A stretch of DNA of 55,075 bases, the filler included, from Streblomastix strix (Eukaryota): the NCBI GenBank assembly GCA_008636045.1. It is 3 parts of 3 records of this genome, joined end to end, with 100 filler letters (N's around TTAATTAATTAA, not from the genome) between each part and the next. Parts side by side here need not be neighbours in the genome. Positions count along the whole stretch, not along the records: positions 36,798 to 55,075 come from SNRW01000621.1; 2 more parts are not named here. One strand, written 5' to 3'. Under the pieces are notes generated by a model. It made no database searches and had not been told where the DNA came from. It was given only the letters and a program-made list of their open reading frames with translations. Positions 53,046 through 55,075 of this stretch are shown here, in pieces. A program made the translations under genes and the position numbers. Numbering within the stretch: position 1 is the stretch's first letter; each line of letters begins with the position of its first letter.

Positions 53046-55075
53046 ATGGAAGAAGATAATCCTATTAAAGTTGGAGATATAATTAAATATTACTACAAAA
53101 TAATTAGATGCATTGCCTGGGATAGTGATAGGATGATTTTTTGTGCACTTGATACATCAATGAAACAAGTAGCTATAAAATTTGAACTAGATACTGGAGA
53201 ACAGACTGCTGTTTGCATTGAAGCTGCAATATTGAAGATTTTAGGTGCCCTATTTTAATTAAAATGTCATATATTCATATTGGTTACTTTATAAATGATA
53301 TTTTTATAGATGAATCGATATATATTCCTTAATTCTATCACTATGGCATTCACTTGAACTATAAATTCCTTGCTATGGAACTTTTGGGTCCAAATATGAT
53401 GTATAGAAATGATATTTAATTTTGTTGTTCTTATTTATTATTATTTATATCAGAGATTTGGCAAACTATAAGAGTCCATATAAATTCAGTCTTCATTCTA
53501 TATTGAAGTTTGGTATTTAAGCAATTGAAGCCATTCAAGTTGTACATAGCAAAGGATTTGTACATCGAGATATTAAGCCCGTATGTTATAAGCTTTCATT
53601 AAAATTAATTATTAAATATATAAATTTAAATTAAAGGGCAATTTTTTGATTGGAAACTCATCGAGTAATTCTGGAATATTAAAACTTGTTGATTTTGAGC
53701 TTTGTAAGAAGATCCATAAAGTAGATGGCATAATTACTAAGGTAAATATATTTAAATATTTATTATCAATTATCAATATTATTTGATTTCTATTTGATTT
53801 TATTTAAGCCAACAAACAAAGGAAAATTCAGAGGATCATTAATGTATGCTTCATTAAATTCACATAAACTTGTTGAACTCGGGAGAAATGATGATCTGAT
53901 TTCACTTTTGTATATTCTGGTTGAATTCTATAATGGATCACTACCTTGGTCGGATATTGATGATGAAGTTTGTAATAATTAATAGATTCTTAAATATTAT
54001 ATTATTTATTTATTTATTTAATATTTAATTAGTTTTTTATATAAATCAAATTATCCATTATTTATTTATTATTCATATTTTTATTAAATTAGGAAAAAAT
54101 ATAAAAATTAAAGTAGCATTATCATGGTCGCAAGCTTCTTAAATGGCTTCCCAAACAATTCCTTGAATTTGAATCATACATCTTATCACTTGATTATACA
54201 ACTGATCCAGATTATGCATATCTAATTTCCTTACTTAAATAATCAGCTTCTGAAAATGAAATTGATCTTAATGCTCCATTTGATGTGGAAGAAGAAATGA
54301 ATAACGAAAGAAATAAGATAATAAAGAATCATACTTAGCAGGTAAAGTAAATTGATAATAAAATAAAATAATTAGAAAATGAAAAAATAAGAGCATAGTT
54401 AGAAAATAATGATGATTATAAAGAAAAGATTGTATAATTAGATAAGGAAATTAACGAATAAAAAGAATAAGTTCTTACGCATCACCAGATGAAAATTAAA
54501 CTGAACTCGCTGAATATACTCCGACGATTATAGAAGAAGTTTGATAAGATTTAAAAACTGGAGGAATAATAATAATAAAACCAAAGTTCAATTAGTAAAG
54601 AAAATCATTAGAATAATTAAACACACATTCGCGCTGTTAAATCATACCATCATAACAATGAATTATCCAATATAAGCACTCCCAGACAAGTTTCATTCTC
54701 TCCTTTATATTATCCTTCAAACTTGACACCAACGGGTAATTTTGACAATATAAATTAATCCAAATACTTATCAAGAAATACTTCATGTTTCAATCTTCTT
54801 GATGTTGAGACATGAACAAACACTATTCAGGAATTGCAAGCTATAATAGATTCTCTTGTTGATGTGGATACAAACATGAATCAAAGCGTATATGAATTAA
54901 ATTAGCAATTTGAAGGAAATTAATAAGAAAGTCGTAATAATAATTATATTGAATAATTTATGGATGAAATGAAAAAGAAAGATAATAATTAGACCATTAA
55001 AGTTAATTGGGAATAATTTATTGGATAAGTTGGTGGGAGTCGAGAGAGTGAATTAATTGAAACATTGGATATAAT
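53046..55075 (+). CDS. CK1/tau-tubulin kinase (TTBK)-like kinase, multi-intron, possibly degenerating
   Basis: VAIKFE, LAMELLGPN, HSKGFVHRDIKPGNFLIG, LVDFE, FRGSLMYASLNSH, GRNDDLISLLY..LPW and PDYAYL. TGA at 54813-54815, but the frame stays coding-like to the window end. Confidence 0.8.

Overview
AT-rich (about 25-30% GC by eye), intron-containing eukaryotic DNA that uses a non-standard nuclear code: TAA/TAG = Gln and TGA = stop (translation table 6). This is why the supplied standard-code ORF track misses nearly every gene. The code, intron style and kinase families fit the oxymonad Streblomastix strix (inference). The window is three unrelated contigs of about 18.3 kb, joined by artificial N-TTAATTAATTAA-N linkers. 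Contig 1 (1-18312) holds housekeeping genes: a membrane/coiled-coil protein, a non-catalytic cathepsin-like membrane protein, a Ser/Thr kinase, Vps33, an ERp38-type PDI with a long E/K/R-rich insertion, Skp1 and a GCFC/PAXBP1-like splicing factor. Contig 2 (18413-36697) begins with an intronless, compact, probably viral module. It contains a 68-aa amphipathic peptide resembling adenovirus protein VI, a ~645-codon putative major capsid gene with frameshifts, an intact phage-like fibre/receptor-binding protein and several orphan ORFs. Decayed DNA transposons follow (a foldback MITE, hAT, MULE, and a pogo-type element with cargo). Contig 3 (36798-55075) holds hAT and pogo remnants, a Pmp3 proteolipid, a NEK-like pseudokinase with ARM-like repeats, a DIRS-type tyrosine recombinase with a GC-rich terminal hairpin, a peptidase T fragment and a TTBK/CK1 kinase. 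All family assignments come from manual translation and motif recall; no searches were run.
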